In this document: positions 7,058-14,897 of the stretch, one piece after another
How positions within the stretch are numbered: the first letter of the stretch is position 1
Layout of the letters: every line of letters begins with the position of its first letter
Source: a virus
Lineage: Duplodnaviria > Heunggongvirae > Uroviricota > Caudoviricetes
Reading direction: 5' to 3' (one strand)
Length of the DNA stretch: 17,616 nt
Virus record (IMG/VR): IMGVR_UViG_2713896768_000001
Span: 1-17,616 of that record
Translations under genes and position numbers: made by a program
Notes under the pieces: generated by a model
What the model was told of the DNA's origin: nothing
Databases searched by the model: none
What the model saw: only the letters and a program-made list of their open reading frames with translations

Positions 7058-9314
7058 CGCAGATACGATTAAAGACTTCCTTGTTTCGCTGGGATTCGAT
7101 ATCGATCAGGCTGGCGCTAATAAGTTTGAAGCCGTGCTGAAAGGCGTTACCGCAAACGTTCTGAAGGTCGGCGCGGTGGTGGAAGGCGCAGCGCTGAGCA
7201 TTGTCGGATTTACCACCCAGATCGCGAATGGTCTGGATAAAATTTACTGGGCATCCCAACGGACGGGGGCCAGCGTCCAGGGCATCAAAGCGCTGGGCTA
7301 TGCCGCGTCGCAAACCGGTGCCAGCGCCGAGTCGGCCATGTCCTCCCTCGAAGGGCTGGCCGGTTTCATGCGTAGCAATCCGGGGGCGGAAGGCTTCCTG
7401 AACCGTCTTGGTGTCCAGACCCGAGATGCCAGCGGAAAGATGCGTGATACTGCGGCCATCTTTACTGGCGTTGGGCAAAAGCTCAACAACATGCCGTATT
7501 ACCGCGCGAAGCAATACGCGCAGATGCTTGGCATCGATGAAAACACGCTGATGGCGATGCGGCGCGGCATGAATGGCTTTACCGCCGATTACCAGTCTAT
7601 GCTGCAAAAGACTGGGTTCAACGCTGATAAGGCGGCTGTGCAGTCCAATAAATTCATGACGTCCATGCGCGGGCTTACGTCGCTGTTCGGCATTATGCGG
7701 GACAAGATCGGCTCAAACCTCGCTGGTGGTCTTGCTGGTTCGCTGGACAGCCTGCGGCGGCGCATCCTCGACAACTTCCCGAAGATTGAAGAGACGCTGA
7801 CCAGAGTTATTAAAGGCGTGATCTGGCTTGCGAACGCCTTCACGCGAATGGCGTGGCGGCTCATACAGGGCGCTGGCTCTGTCATTGACTGGTGGAAGCG
7901 TCTTGACGATGGCAGTAAAAATCTGCTGAAAATATTCGGTGCTCTACTTGTCGCATGGCGTCTGCTTAATTCTGCGTTCCTGAAATCCCCGATTGGAATT
8001 ATCACCACGCTGATTCTGGCGATCGGATTACTCTATGACGATTATCAGACGTGGAAAGAAGGCGGTAAAAGCCTGATTGACTGGTCCAAGTGGGAGCCTG
8101 CAATAGAAAAGGCGAAAAAGGCAATTCTCTGGCTGCGCGATAAGCTTCTGGGGCTGAAAGATTCTGTTGGTGGATGGCAGAACTCGCTGGAAATTTTGGC
8201 TACTTTCATCGCTGGGGTATGGGTAACAAAAGTATTGGGAGCATTCGCAAAAATATCCGGTCTTCCGATACCTCCATGGCTTAAATTATGGGGAGCGTAT
8301 GCTGGTTACCTGGTTTCAGATCGTGAAAACATAAAAGCCAGTGCTAAATCATCTTTGGACTATACCAAAAGGAACATTGGTGATGCTCTTGCTACGGTTG
8401 GCATCAAAACCGACCTTGGGCGAAAAGATGTTAGCGAGGTAAGAGAATGGCCCGCATGGATGGATTGGCTGCATGGTGGCCCAGGTAAGATTATTCGTCA
8501 GGCGCAAAGCAATGGCGTCGTTTATGGCGATAATGTTCAGCCTGACATTCCCGGGGCGGAACAGCATGTTCGTAGTAATGAAATTGCCCCGCATGAAAGA
8601 GATGAAATAAAAAACCGTCAGCAGGCTGCTAATGGTTATCTTGAAAAAATCTCAGACGGGATTGCCAAAATCGGTAATTTATTTTTCTCCCCGGCTGGAG
8701 CTGCTGAAATCTCTCCAAATATATCGGGTGACCCCTCCCAGTTTGCGCAATCAGTCAAACGTCCACAGGCCACAGCCCAGGGCAAAGTATTGCTCGACTG
8801 GATGGGGCCAATGTTCAATAAACTTGAGTCGCTTTATCAACTTCCAGCTGGTCTATTGAAAAGTGTGGCGATAACCGAGTCAGGTGGTAACCAGTTCGCC
8901 ATGTCCGGCGCGGGTGCAAAGGGGCTGTTCCAGTTCATGGATGGCACGGCGCGAGACATGGGCCTGCGTGGTAACGATGTGTTCGACCCGGAAAAGTCAG
9001 CTCAGGCAGCCGCTAAGTACCTTAGCCAGCTATTGCGGCAGAACGGCGGAGACCTTAGCAAAGCACTTGCATCATATAACTGGGGAATCGGGAACGTTCA
9101 ACGTTATGGAATGGGGCTAATGCCGCAGGAAACGCGCAATTACATTCCGAAAGTAATGAGCAATATGCCCACCAGCGCCCCGGTGATTCAGCAGGAAACG
9201 AACATTAACATCCACGGCGTTTCCGATCCTCGCGAAGCTGCCCGTTTGACTGTTGACCGTCAAAAGGGTGTGAATTCACAGTTAACCCAGCAACTCCCCG
9301 CAGGACCGAGATAA
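7047..9314 (+). CDS. Tail tape measure protein with C-terminal soluble lytic transglycosylase (SLT) domain
   Basis: 755-aa ORF following the chaperone. Alpha-helical Ala/Gly-rich N-terminal region, a hydrophobic central segment (…LLKIFGALLVAWRLLNSAFLKSPIGIITTLILAIGLLY…), and a C-terminal SLT signature (…AITESGGNQFAMSGAGAKGLFQFMDGTARDMGL…ASYNWGIGNV…) with the catalytic-type Glu in the E-S-G-G motif near 8877. Confidence 0.75.
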   Translation: MSGNADTIKDFLVSLGFDIDQAGANKFEAVLKGVTANVLKVGAVVEGAALSIVGFTTQIANGLDKIYWASQRTGASVQGIKALGYAASQTGASAESAMSSLEGLAGFMRSNPGAEGFLNRLGVQTRDASGKMRDTAAIFTGVGQKLNNMPYYRAKQYAQMLGIDENTLMAMRRGMNGFTADYQSMLQKTGFNADKAAVQSNKFMTSMRGLTSLFGIMRDKIGSNLAGGLAGSLDSLRRRILDNFPKIEETLTRVIKGVIWLANAFTRMAWRLIQGAGSVIDWWKRLDDGSKNLLKIFGALLVAWRLLNSAFLKSPIGIITTLILAIGLLYDDYQTWKEGGKSLIDWSKWEPAIEKAKKAILWLRDKLLGLKDSVGGWQNSLEILATFIAGVWVTKVLGAFAKISGLPIPPWLKLWGAYAGYLVSDRENIKASAKSSLDYTKRNIGDALATVGIKTDLGRKDVSEVREWPAWMDWLHGGPGKIIRQAQSNGVVYGDNVQPDIPGAEQHVRSNEIAPHERDEIKNRQQAANGYLEKISDGIAKIGNLFFSPAGAAEISPNISGDPSQFAQSVKRPQATAQGKVLLDWMGPMFNKLESLYQLPAGLLKSVAITESGGNQFAMSGAGAKGLFQFMDGTARDMGLRGNDVFDPEKSAQAAAKYLSQLLRQNGGDLSKALASYNWGIGNVQRYGMGLMPQETRNYIPKVMSNMPTSAPVIQQETNINIHGVSDPREAARLTVDRQKGVNSQLTQQLPAGPR

Positions 9315-9916
9315 TGGATATTTTATCAGCGATTTTTCGCCAGCAATCACGGCGAATTGGCCTGCTGATCCCCAGCGTGGTCGTTTCCGAAAAGCATTCT
9401 GATGCGCTCGAAATTACTGAGCACCCGGTGGAGAAGCCAACAACGAATAGCGCCTCGGGTTTCATCGCCGATCATGCGTATAAGCGCCCCAGCGAAGTCA
9501 CAATGGAATGCGGCTTCGCTGGGGGCGGTTCGTTGCTGGACTTCATTGATACATCTTCAATCGGCCTCAGCGCCGGACTGAGCCCGAAAGAGACCTATCA
9601 GCAACTGCTGGATCTCCAGTCCTCCCGGGTGCCGTTCGATGTGGTGACCGGGAAGCGGGTGTACAGCAATATGCTGGTGAGAGCCATCGAGGTGACAACG
9701 GACAAAACCAGCGAGAACGTGCTGAACTGCACGCTTACCCTGCGTGAAGTGATCATGTCGCAAACGCAGAGCGTTAGCGTTGCTGATAAATCAGATATGC
9801 AGGATGGCGTCAGCACATCGGCGGTGCAAAATTCCGGGACGAAATCCACTACACCGCCAAACGAATCTTTGCTGAGCCAGCTGGGCGGAAGCGTTACATC
9901 AGCATTCGGGGGATGA
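9314..9916 (+). CDS. Baseplate-associated protein (position of the Mu gp43/N-like protein; hypothetical)
   Basis: 200-aa ORF whose start overlaps the tape measure stop (TAATG at 9312-9316). Assignment is by synteny with a Mu-like baseplate cluster only. Confidence 0.4.
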   Translation: MDILSAIFRQQSRRIGLLIPSVVVSEKHSDALEITEHPVEKPTTNSASGFIADHAYKRPSEVTMECGFAGGGSLLDFIDTSSIGLSAGLSPKETYQQLLDLQSSRVPFDVVTGKRVYSNMLVRAIEVTTDKTSENVLNCTLTLREVIMSQTQSVSVADKSDMQDGVSTSAVQNSGTKSTTPPNESLLSQLGGSVTSAFGG

Positions 9917-9917
9917 T

Positions 9918-10223
9918 ATGCAGTTTAACGAAATACCGCTTTCTCCTGACAATCAGCAGTTCCGCGTTTTGCTGGGCAATACTACGTATACGCTCAGGAT
10001 CATCTGGCGCGATGCGGCTGGTTGGATTATGGACGTGATGGATAGCGGCGGTGCCGCGCTTCTCTCTGGCGTACCTCTACTGACCGGCGTGAACCTTTTA
10101 CGACAATTTCCACAGCTTGGCATTGATGGTGCGCTGGTGGTGGCGACCGATAAGGGCGCACCAGACGAGCCCACCAAAACCAACCTCGGCACATACAGCC
10201 ACCTCATTTTCGTGCAGGAGTAG
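9918..10223 (+). CDS. Small baseplate/tail protein (hypothetical)
   Basis: 101-aa ORF starting 2 nt after the previous stop; placed by synteny between tape measure and hub genes. Confidence 0.4.
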   Translation: MQFNEIPLSPDNQQFRVLLGNTTYTLRIIWRDAAGWIMDVMDSGGAALLSGVPLLTGVNLLRQFPQLGIDGALVVATDKGAPDEPTKTNLGTYSHLIFVQE

Positions 10224-10225
10224 AA

Positions 10226-11290
10226 ATGTCTCTTAACTGGATGCGCCATTTTGAGTTGCAGCTGTTGGACCAGAACGGGCAGGGTATTTCCCTGTCTGAT
10301 TTTAAGGTCACGTTCCAGATCGAGTGGGCAGATACACGCTGGCCGCGCGTGGCAAACGTGAAAATTTACAACCTTTCGACCGATACCACGAACAAGATAC
10401 TGGGGCAGGAGTTTGCAAAAATTCGCATCATTGCCGGGTATGACGGTATTGCGCCGGATGTTGATGCGAGCCAGGTTGGTGTCGCCCGGGAGATTTCACC
10501 AGACCAGGTAGGGCAGGTGAACGGTCAGAACTACGGCCTGATATTTGACGGTGATATTCGCTTCACCGTCACCGGGAAGGACAACATCACCGATTCCTGG
10601 GTGCTGATTCAGGCCATCAGTAACCACGAAGCGTTCCTCTACGCGACTACCATCACCACGCTTGCCGCTGGCTATACCGTTGCGGATCTGCACCGGGCGA
10701 CGATGCAGGATTTCAACGCGTTCGGCGTGACACAGGGCATTACCGGCGATTTTCCTGATACCGTGTTTCCTCGTGGCCGCGCGATTTACTCATCCAGCCG
10801 CAACGTGATGGATAATATTGCTGCGCAGTGCAAAGCGACATGGCAACTGGTGGATGGTCAGGTCCAGATGGTGCCGGAGGATAAATATATTCACGAAGCC
10901 ATTGTGTTGAATGCCAATACTGGCCTGATCGGTATGCCGCAACAAACGATGGGCGGCGGAGTAAACGTGCGGTGCCTGATAAACCCAAACATCCGTATTA
11001 ATGGTCTTATCCAGCTCGATCAGGCTTCGGTGTACCGCGCCGCGCTCGGCAATAGCGAAATCGCACAGTCGCCCGGGCGTATCACTGAAACGGAAGAGAA
11101 CGGCAACCGCGCACTGACCGGCACAACGTCACAGGCTGCCAGCATTGCGACAGATGGCGTTTATATCGTCAAAGCTATCGACTATACTGGCGACACCAGA
11201 GGTCAGGCGTGGTACATGGATTTGATGTGTTTTGCGCGTGGTGCTCGTGAAATGGTTAGTCAGGACACGCTTAAAAAATGGCAGGTATAA
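10226..11290 (+). CDS. Baseplate hub protein (P2 gpD / Mu gp44-like)
   Basis: 354-aa ORF with an AGGAG RBS. Size and position after tape measure and before the spike gene match the hub of P2/Mu-type baseplates. Confidence 0.55.
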   Translation: MSLNWMRHFELQLLDQNGQGISLSDFKVTFQIEWADTRWPRVANVKIYNLSTDTTNKILGQEFAKIRIIAGYDGIAPDVDASQVGVAREISPDQVGQVNGQNYGLIFDGDIRFTVTGKDNITDSWVLIQAISNHEAFLYATTITTLAAGYTVADLHRATMQDFNAFGVTQGITGDFPDTVFPRGRAIYSSSRNVMDNIAAQCKATWQLVDGQVQMVPEDKYIHEAIVLNANTGLIGMPQQTMGGGVNVRCLINPNIRINGLIQLDQASVYRAALGNSEIAQSPGRITETEENGNRALTGTTSQAASIATDGVYIVKAIDYTGDTRGQAWYMDLMCFARGAREMVSQDTLKKWQV

Positions 11291-11291
11291 G

Positions 11292-11642
11292 ATGGGTAAG
11301 GCCAAACTTCTAATTTGTGGTGTTCTTTTATCAGTTGTCGGCACGTCAGAGGCCTTAGCTGATACTCAGTGCGGGCCGTATCGCCTCACTGCGGGCAAAG
11401 AAGGACTAATGCTTATTAACGGGGTAAAACCTGAAACGCAAAAAATGTCTTTTCTCAAGTCTAAAGATGACTACCAAAACATGAAAGCAGAATGGATGGT
11501 TGCAACCGACCAACCCGGCCGCTGGGTTGGGCTTGAGTACATCAAGCGCAACGGCAAAGCCATTCTCAACGCACAGTGGTTGCAAGCCAGCATGGATTCG
11601 CCGCGTCAGTATGCAACATACGACTGCGTGAAGGTGAAATGA
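11292..11642 (+). CDS. Small exported protein with Sec signal peptide (accessory moron gene; function unknown)
   Basis: ATG at 11292, 2 nt after the hub stop, with an AGGT RBS. N-terminus MGKAKLLICGVLLSVVGTSEALA|DTQCG… has a basic n-region, hydrophobic core and A-L-A signal peptidase I site, with no lipobox. The mature protein is about 94 aa with two Cys. By eye it is AT-richer than flanking tail genes and it interrupts the conserved hub-spike adjacency. Confidence 0.55.
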   Translation: MGKAKLLICGVLLSVVGTSEALADTQCGPYRLTAGKEGLMLINGVKPETQKMSFLKSKDDYQNMKAEWMVATDQPGRWVGLEYIKRNGKAILNAQWLQASMDSPRQYATYDCVKVK

Positions 11643-11659
11643 TGATCCGCATCCTTAAA

Positions 11660-11724
11660 CATCAATAATCGTTGATCTCGCGTTTTTATTATGCACTAAT
11701 CTGTACATGTACAGAGAGGGTGCC
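11660..11724 (+). promoter_or_regulatory. Putative promoter/operator of the toxin-antitoxin operon, including a perfect 14-bp palindrome CTGTACATGTACAG (11701-11714) and a GAGAGGG Shine-Dalgarno
   Basis: 82-nt AT-rich intergenic region. The palindrome was checked by reverse complement and abuts the RBS. A weak sigma70-like pair is possible (TTGATC at 11672-11677, ACTAAT at 11695-11700, 17-nt spacer). Palindromic operators bound by Phd/YefM antitoxins are established for this family. Confidence 0.45.
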
Positions 11725-12138
11725 ATGAAAATCATTACTTACACGCAAATGCGATCGGATTTATCTGCAACGCTGGACTGTTTACGCTCTGGTGAAAGCG
11801 TCACAGTTACGCAGCGCGGAAAGCCCGACCTTGTCATCAGTGCAAAATCAGTTGATGAAATCGCTTCCGCAGATGAGGTAAAAACATCTGCGAAAACAAT
11901 AGACACGCATCTTGCGCAATTAATTGCATCGAATTTGTCACCACAGATAACGGAGGGTGTCATGAAGCTTACTAAGCAATTGGATGCCCTTCTTCAGTCT
12001 GATGAGGCTCGCCAGACTATGATGAAGGCCACTAATGCAGCAGTTGCTTTGCAGGGCGTGTCTGAGTCATTTATCAAAGCTCTGCAACATACTCAGACCA
12101 AGCATGCGGACATCATAAAAAAACTGGAAGATAAGTAA
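11725..12138 (+). CDS. Phd/YefM-family antitoxin with an extended helical C-terminal domain (137 aa; typical Phd/YefM is about 75-90 aa)
   Basis: N-terminus MKIITYTQMRSDLSATLDCLRSGESVTVTQRGKPDLVISAKS matches the YefM/Phd N-terminal fold (compare remembered YefM [41 protein letters not shown]). The ATG at 11725 with a GAGGG SD is preferred over the track start at 11707, which lies inside the palindrome. The stop overlaps the toxin start (TAATG). Confidence 0.7.
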   Translation: MKIITYTQMRSDLSATLDCLRSGESVTVTQRGKPDLVISAKSVDEIASADEVKTSAKTIDTHLAQLIASNLSPQITEGVMKLTKQLDALLQSDEARQTMMKATNAAVALQGVSESFIKALQHTQTKHADIIKKLEDK

Positions 12139-12545
12139 TGACTGAGATTACATTCCTTTCGGTAGATGAGGTCATCGCTATTCAGAAGAGCACATTGCCA
12201 AATAGCGGACAACCAGACCGGGGAAAACTCGAAGGTGCCCTCAATCGCGTCGATAACTTACGCATGTATGAAGGATGTGAGGATTTATTTAAATTTGCAG
12301 CTATGTACATGGTTGCGATAGCGAAGTCTCACGCTTTTAATGACGCCAATAAGCGAACGGCTTTCCAGGCCGCCAGCGTGTTTTTGCTTTTGAATGGCTA
12401 TGAACTGAATACCTCAATGGAGTTAGTCAAGCTGACCATCTTTGCTGCTACGGGAGAGGCCGACTGCGATAACACTGCTTTGGCGCTTAAACTTTTGTCA
12501 GATTATAAGAATGAGCTGCTGGCAGATACGATAACTGGCTACTGA
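12138..12545 (+). CDS. doc: Doc (death-on-curing) / Fic-family toxin
   Basis: 135-aa ORF translationally coupled to the antitoxin. It contains the Doc signature H-x-F-x-D-A-N-K-R (SHAFNDANKRTAFQAASVFLLLNGY, codons at about 12330-12356), compared with remembered P1 Doc …GHIFNDANKRTALNSALLFLRRNG…. Confidence 0.8.
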   Translation: MTEITFLSVDEVIAIQKSTLPNSGQPDRGKLEGALNRVDNLRMYEGCEDLFKFAAMYMVAIAKSHAFNDANKRTAFQAASVFLLLNGYELNTSMELVKLTIFAATGEADCDNTALALKLLSDYKNELLADTITGY

Positions 12546-12567
12546 TAGCAAAAAGTAAATTGTACAC

Positions 12568-12592
12568 AACCCGCCGCCGAGCGGGTTTTTTT
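12568..12592 (+). terminator. Rho-independent terminator (stem ACCCGC / GCGGGT, loop CGCCGA, followed by a T7 run)
   Basis: Read directly: aacccgc-cgccga-gcgggtttttttat, 23 nt after the toxin stop and just before the RBS of the spike gene at 12604. Confidence 0.65.
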
Positions 12593-12603
12593 ATGGAGTT
12601 TTT

Positions 12604-13344
12604 ATGCCAATTCCAACTCAATCACAGATCGGCGGCGAGCAGCAGACCGCGCAGGCCATAGCCGATTCGGTGTCTACCCAGATGCGCGTAGCGATGCCAG
12701 GCATCATTCAGTCGTTCGATCCTGACGCTGTAACCTGCACAGTAGAAGTGGCGCTTCGCGGTATTGTTGGCGACGGCTCCACCGAATTAAAACCGCTGGT
12801 GGATGTTCCTGTCATCTTCCCGCGCGGCGGCGGCTGCACGCTGACCTTTCCGGTTAAAGAAGGCGACGAGTGCCTGCTGCTCTTTGCCGACCGTTGCATC
12901 GATTTCTGGTGGCAGAGCGGCGGCGTGCAGGAGACCGTCGACCCGCGCCAGCATGACTTATCTGATGCGTTCGCCATCGTTGGCCCACAGTCGCAAGCAC
13001 GGAAAATCAGCGGTATCAGTACCAGCGCCGCGCAGCTGCGAACCGATGATGGTGCGGCGTTTGTAGAAGTCGCCGCAGGACATAACATCACCATTAAAAC
13101 ACCGGGCCAGCTTACAGCTACGGCTGAAGGTGGAACGACAATCACATCCCCGACTATCACGCTGAACGGCAACGTAACGATTAATGGCAACTTGTCTCAG
13201 GGAATGGGCGAAAGCGGCGGTACTGCGACGATGCTTGGGCCGGTGACGGTAACGAATGACGTAACAGCTTCTGGTATCAGTGTCGCCACGCATAAACATG
13301 GCGGAGTACAGACTGGCGGGGGAACTACCGGAGGGCCGCAATAA
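12604..13344 (+). CDS. Baseplate central spike protein (P2 gpV / Mu gp45-like) with C-terminal beta-helix and His-x-His tip
   Basis: 246-aa ORF with a GGAG RBS. The C-terminal region is Gly/Thr-rich and repetitive (…TITSPTITLNGNVTINGNLSQG…) and ends …VATHKHGGVQTGGGTTGGPQ (HKH at 13291-13299), matching the iron-binding apex motif known for spike proteins. Confidence 0.6.
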   Translation: MPIPTQSQIGGEQQTAQAIADSVSTQMRVAMPGIIQSFDPDAVTCTVEVALRGIVGDGSTELKPLVDVPVIFPRGGGCTLTFPVKEGDECLLLFADRCIDFWWQSGGVQETVDPRQHDLSDAFAIVGPQSQARKISGISTSAAQLRTDDGAAFVEVAAGHNITIKTPGQLTATAEGGTTITSPTITLNGNVTINGNLSQGMGESGGTATMLGPVTVTNDVTASGISVATHKHGGVQTGGGTTGGPQ

Positions 13345-13697
13345 TGCGATACCGTCGCGAAGATACTGAAGGCGATTACACTTTCGGCCAGGGTGACGAT
13401 ACTTTCCTTATCGACAGTCCGGAATGTGTCGCCCAGGCCGTAAAAACCCGTTTCGAGCTGTGGCGCGGTCAGTGGTTTCTCGATCTGACGGAAGGCACGC
13501 CGTATGTTCAGTCAGTGCTTGGGAAGCAGCGATCAGATGTCTACATCCTGGCTATACGCGAACGCATACAGGATACACCGGGCGTTCTGTCGATTCTTTC
13601 CTTCGATACCAATTATGACGGCACCAGCCGTCGCGTCACCTTCACTTCCTCCATTGACACAATCTACGGCCAGACGACTGTAACAAGCGAGGCATAA
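13344..13697 (+). CDS. Baseplate wedge protein (gp25 / P2 gpW / Mu gp46-like)
   Basis: 117-aa ORF whose start overlaps the spike stop (TAATG). Size and position between spike and J-like genes. Confidence 0.5.
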   Translation: MRYRREDTEGDYTFGQGDDTFLIDSPECVAQAVKTRFELWRGQWFLDLTEGTPYVQSVLGKQRSDVYILAIRERIQDTPGVLSILSFDTNYDGTSRRVTFTSSIDTIYGQTTVTSEA

Positions 13698-14897
13698 ATG
13701 GCTTTGAACCTCGACACGCTGGGGCTATCGGCAACGGTAACCGCCCAGGGGATTAGTGCGCCTGATTACCAGACAATCCTTGATACACTGACCAGCTATT
13801 TCAGGCAGATTTACGGTAGTGATGCCTACCTAGAACCAGACAGCAAAGACGGGCAGATGGTCGCGCTGGTGGCTCTTGCCGTGCATGACGCTAACAACAC
13901 CGCTATCGAGATTTACAACTCGTTTTCACCGATGACAGCGCAGGCCGCAGCGCTTAGCAGCAATGTGAAAATTAACGGGATCACGCGAAAAGTAGCGACA
14001 AACTCTACTGCTGACCTTCTGTTAACCGGTACGGCAGGCACGACTATCACGAATGGCTCCGCACGGGATAAAAACGGCATTATCTGGAATTTTCCAGCGA
14101 GTGTGGCGATCGGCGTTGATGGTACTGTGCTGGTGACGGCCACATGTGCGAATAGCGGTTCGGTTGCGGCGCTGGCCGGGACTATTACCACTATCAACAC
14201 CCCGACCCGAGGTTGGGTGTCGGTAACCAATCCAGTTGCGGCTACTGTCGGTTCACCAGCCGAAACCGACGCAGAGCTGCGCATTCGGCAGGGGCAAAGC
14301 GTCGCGCTACCATCGATCACACCGTTTGAAGGTGTCGACGGTGCTATCGCTAATGTTGCTGGCGTGACACGTCACAAACTATATGAGAACGACACTGGGG
14401 CAACCGACAGCAACGGGCTGCCGCCACACTCTATTTCCGCCATCGTCGATGGAGGGGATGTTACCGAGATAGCCCAGACCATCAGGGGGAATAAAGGGCA
14501 GGGAACGGCAACCTACGGGACAACTTCTGTCACAGTGCCGGATACTTACGGTAATCCTCACGTCATCAGTTTTTCACGCTCTACCGATGTGCCAATTTTC
14601 GTAGCCATTACCCTGAAAGTTTTTACCGGGTATACATCTCAAATCGGCGAGCAGATCAAACAGGCTGTTGCCGACTATATTAATGGCCTGACAATTGGCG
14701 ACGACGTTCTGCTGAGCCGTATTTATTCCCCGGCAAACCTCGGCGTTGTGAGCGGCGGGAATGCCCGCTATTACGATATTACCGACCTGCTGATCGGTAA
14801 GTCGTCTGGCAGCGTATCGGCATCAAACATTGATATTGCCTATGATGCTTCAGCGTCCTGTAGCACCGCGAATATCAGTATCACGGTGACCTCATGA
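13698..14897 (+). CDS. Baseplate J-like protein (P2 gpJ / Mu gp47 / T4 gp6 family)
   Basis: 399-aa ORF starting right after the previous stop; size and synteny are typical of baseplate J. Confidence 0.6.
   Translation: MALNLDTLGLSATVTAQGISAPDYQTILDTLTSYFRQIYGSDAYLEPDSKDGQMVALVALAVHDANNTAIEIYNSFSPMTAQAAALSSNVKINGITRKVATNSTADLLLTGTAGTTITNGSARDKNGIIWNFPASVAIGVDGTVLVTATCANSGSVAALAGTITTINTPTRGWVSVTNPVAATVGSPAETDAELRIRQGQSVALPSITPFEGVDGAIANVAGVTRHKLYENDTGATDSNGLPPHSISAIVDGGDVTEIAQTIRGNKGQGTATYGTTSVTVPDTYGNPHVISFSRSTDVPIFVAITLKVFTGYTSQIGEQIKQAVADYINGLTIGDDVLLSRIYSPANLGVVSGGNARYYDITDLLIGKSSGSVSASNIDIAYDASASCSTANISITVTS

Noticed and set aside
7201-7401. Short + strand ORFs in alternative frames within the tape measure gene (7201-7401, 8632-8859, 8884-9120)
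   Set aside because: Out-of-frame overlaps within a long, well-supported gene, with no slippery site or start context.
6984-7607. 207-aa minus-strand ORF overlapping the 5' part of the tape measure gene, with others at 7589-8008 and 8349-8594
   Set aside because: Antisense to the tape measure gene; GC-rich coding regions commonly give long spurious antisense ORFs.
11232-11291. Track ORF start at 11232 for the exported protein (N-terminal extension MRVVLVKWLVRTRLKNGRYK)
   Set aside because: That start lies inside the hub gene. The ATG at 11292 follows the hub stop by 2 nt and yields a canonical signal peptide at the extreme N-terminus.
11707-11724. Track start at 11707 for the antitoxin (MYREGA…)
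   Set aside because: That ATG lies within the 14-bp palindrome and upstream of the Shine-Dalgarno sequence; the ATG at 11725 gives the canonical Phd/YefM N-terminus. Both are in frame, so this affects only 6 residues.
12708-13190. 160-aa minus-strand ORF, and 12958-13341 (127 aa), inside the spike gene
   Set aside because: Antisense to the spike gene; the spike coding frame has the expected Gly/Thr-rich beta-helix composition.
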